NCBI GenBank assembly: GCA_028534125.1
Contig: CM052818.1
Span: 26,228,001 to 26,292,000 of the forward strand
DNA length: 64,000 bases
Reading direction: 5' to 3'
Source: Lama glama
Lineage: Eukaryota
In this document: piece after piece, positions 62,401 to 64,000 of the stretch
Layout: each line of letters opens with the position of its first letter
Position numbering within the stretch: the stretch's first letter is position 1
Program-made: the position numbers and the translations under genes
Notes under the pieces: model-generated
What the model was told of the DNA's origin: nothing
The model's database searches: none
Seen by the model: the letters and a program-made list of their open reading frames with translations, nothing else

Positions 62401-62949
62401 CCCAACCAGCCAAAGCTCACATTCTGAGCCATCTTGTTGAAAAAATTCCCATTGGTAATTGGAATGATTTTCCCCACCCGCTGACCTCATCAAGTCATAC
62501 TGAAGGCAAAATCAGATGATAGATGTGAAAACGCTTTTGAAAGTTAAACGTGTGAGGCATAATAAGGAAAAATTAAAATCTCAACTCCTGCAGATCTTAT
62601 AACGAAGCCCAAACTAACTTCCAAGAAACTGACATGAACACAAGTCCTCACTGAAGTGGCAGAGCTACATAAAAAAGTCAAAAAGGGAAGTTGCAGGAGC
62701 CCAGAAGCACCAGTCCTGGAGGACTTCATGAAAGAGGTGACTTAAGTTTGCTTAAGTTCTCAGCAATATGGCAGGTACAGAATATAAGAGAGGAGAGGTA
62801 TTCCAAGCAGAAACACTGACCAGCAGGGCCAGGCTGCCCTGTTCCCGGGAAGGTAGGCAGGAGTCCAGATGGAGATGGAGAGTCTGATGAGAATCAGTGG
62901 AAAGAGAATCAGTGGAAGGAGGAGATGCTGTTAAGGTCATAACAATGAG

Positions 62950-63009
62950 GGTGTGTGTGAGCGTGTGTGTATATGTGAGTGTGCATGTGTGTGTGAACAT
63001 GTATGTGTG
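62950..63009. repeat. Degenerate (TG)n tract
   Basis: gtgtgtgtgagcgtgtgtgtatatgtgagtgtgcatgtgtgtgtgaacatgtatgtgtg. Confidence 0.85.
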
Positions 63010-63809
63010 ACAGGCAGGGGCCCTCACCCCACCTCTGCAGTGTCATGCACAACAGCTTCCACATTCTCTTAAACACAGACCCAGCCTCTTCTTCCACTGA
63101 GCAATTCTTGCTGCCACAATCCTCGATCACCGTCAGAATCAAAATACACTCTGATCTTGGCTCAGACTCTTGCTCTCATTTGTGGGCCTTTTCCATGGAC
63201 TTTTATGTCTCTGTTTACTTTGTGTGTTTTGTGAGTGGCTCATGCCTTTAAAGGAAATACACCAACCTCAGCCTGTCATTACGGCCCTTTGCCGGCCACT
63301 GGCTGTGCTCACCCCGCTCCCGGGATGGATGAGCCTGGGCTTTTAATTTGCTGTGAGAGGAGATAATTTTTGCTTGAATTTCTACCTCTGAAAATAAACC
63401 AGGGTGGTGCTTCCCGGCTAGGAATCCACAGAGGCAAGCTCACCCCTAGGGCCAGTGCCAGGGGAGGCTTAGCCAGGGCTGGAATGGCTGGTCTCAGTGT
63501 CCCTCACCCCCTTTCCTTTACTGGATTTCGAAACATACAATTAGTGTTTTCTTTAAAAGCTCAAGATGGTAAAGTTAAGAAAGTTCAGGGAGGCTTTCGG
63601 ATAATGCACACAAGGATTCCAGAGGTGGGATTCTGTGAAATCTCACACTCGAGGGATACTAACCCCTCCACTCAGTCCTCATCCCGTTACAGCTGCGTTC
63701 AAGTTCAAGCACATCATAGCCATCCCACCAGGGCTACACTCCATGCCTTCACCTTCTTTTGAAAAACACATCATGCATAGAAATACCTAGGCAAAGTACC
63801 ACAAATCAA

Positions 63810-63920
63810 AGCACTCTGAATTGCAAGTCAGGTCATTGGTTTTTGGTTAATGGGCAAGATCCTTCTCACCTATAAAATAAGGTAGCTGGAGAGGACATTC
63901 TAAGGTTCCTTCCAGCACAG
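63810..63920 (+). mobile_element. MIR/MIR3 fragment
   Basis: tgggcaagatccttctcacctataaaataagg...tctaaggttccttccagc. Confidence 0.55.
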
Positions 63921-64000
63921 AGGTCCATGTGTCTTGGACTCCATTTCCTGGCTTGTTTCAGCACAACTGACCTATGTAAAGTATTGTGAAACCTGAGTGG

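Overview
Mammalian non-coding DNA (intergenic or deep intronic), most likely from a camelid. That call rests on a vic-1-like tRNA-derived SINE at ~38.4 kb, artiodactyl/camelid-type L1 3' ends, and no Alu, Bov-tA/BovB or PRE-1 seen. I found no protein-coding gene, RNA gene or CRISPR array that I can support. The only ORFs with recognisable homology are decayed retroelement pieces: L1 ORF2, L1/HAL1 ORF1 and L2 reverse transcriptase. The window is dominated by ancient interspersed repeats (about 25 MIRs, many L2s, one CR1/L3, MER5, MLT1/LTR16 solo LTRs, a near-complete HAL1), plus a few short younger L1 tails with target-site duplications (TSDs). Unique stretches between repeats carry enhancer-like motif clusters, two good CTCF motifs in convergent orientation, a 16-bp hairpin, an 18-bp palindrome, small tandem duplications and weak candidate non-coding exons. 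I see no convincing new biological system. Repeat families were recognised by eye from remembered consensus sequences, so subfamily names and boundaries are approximate.
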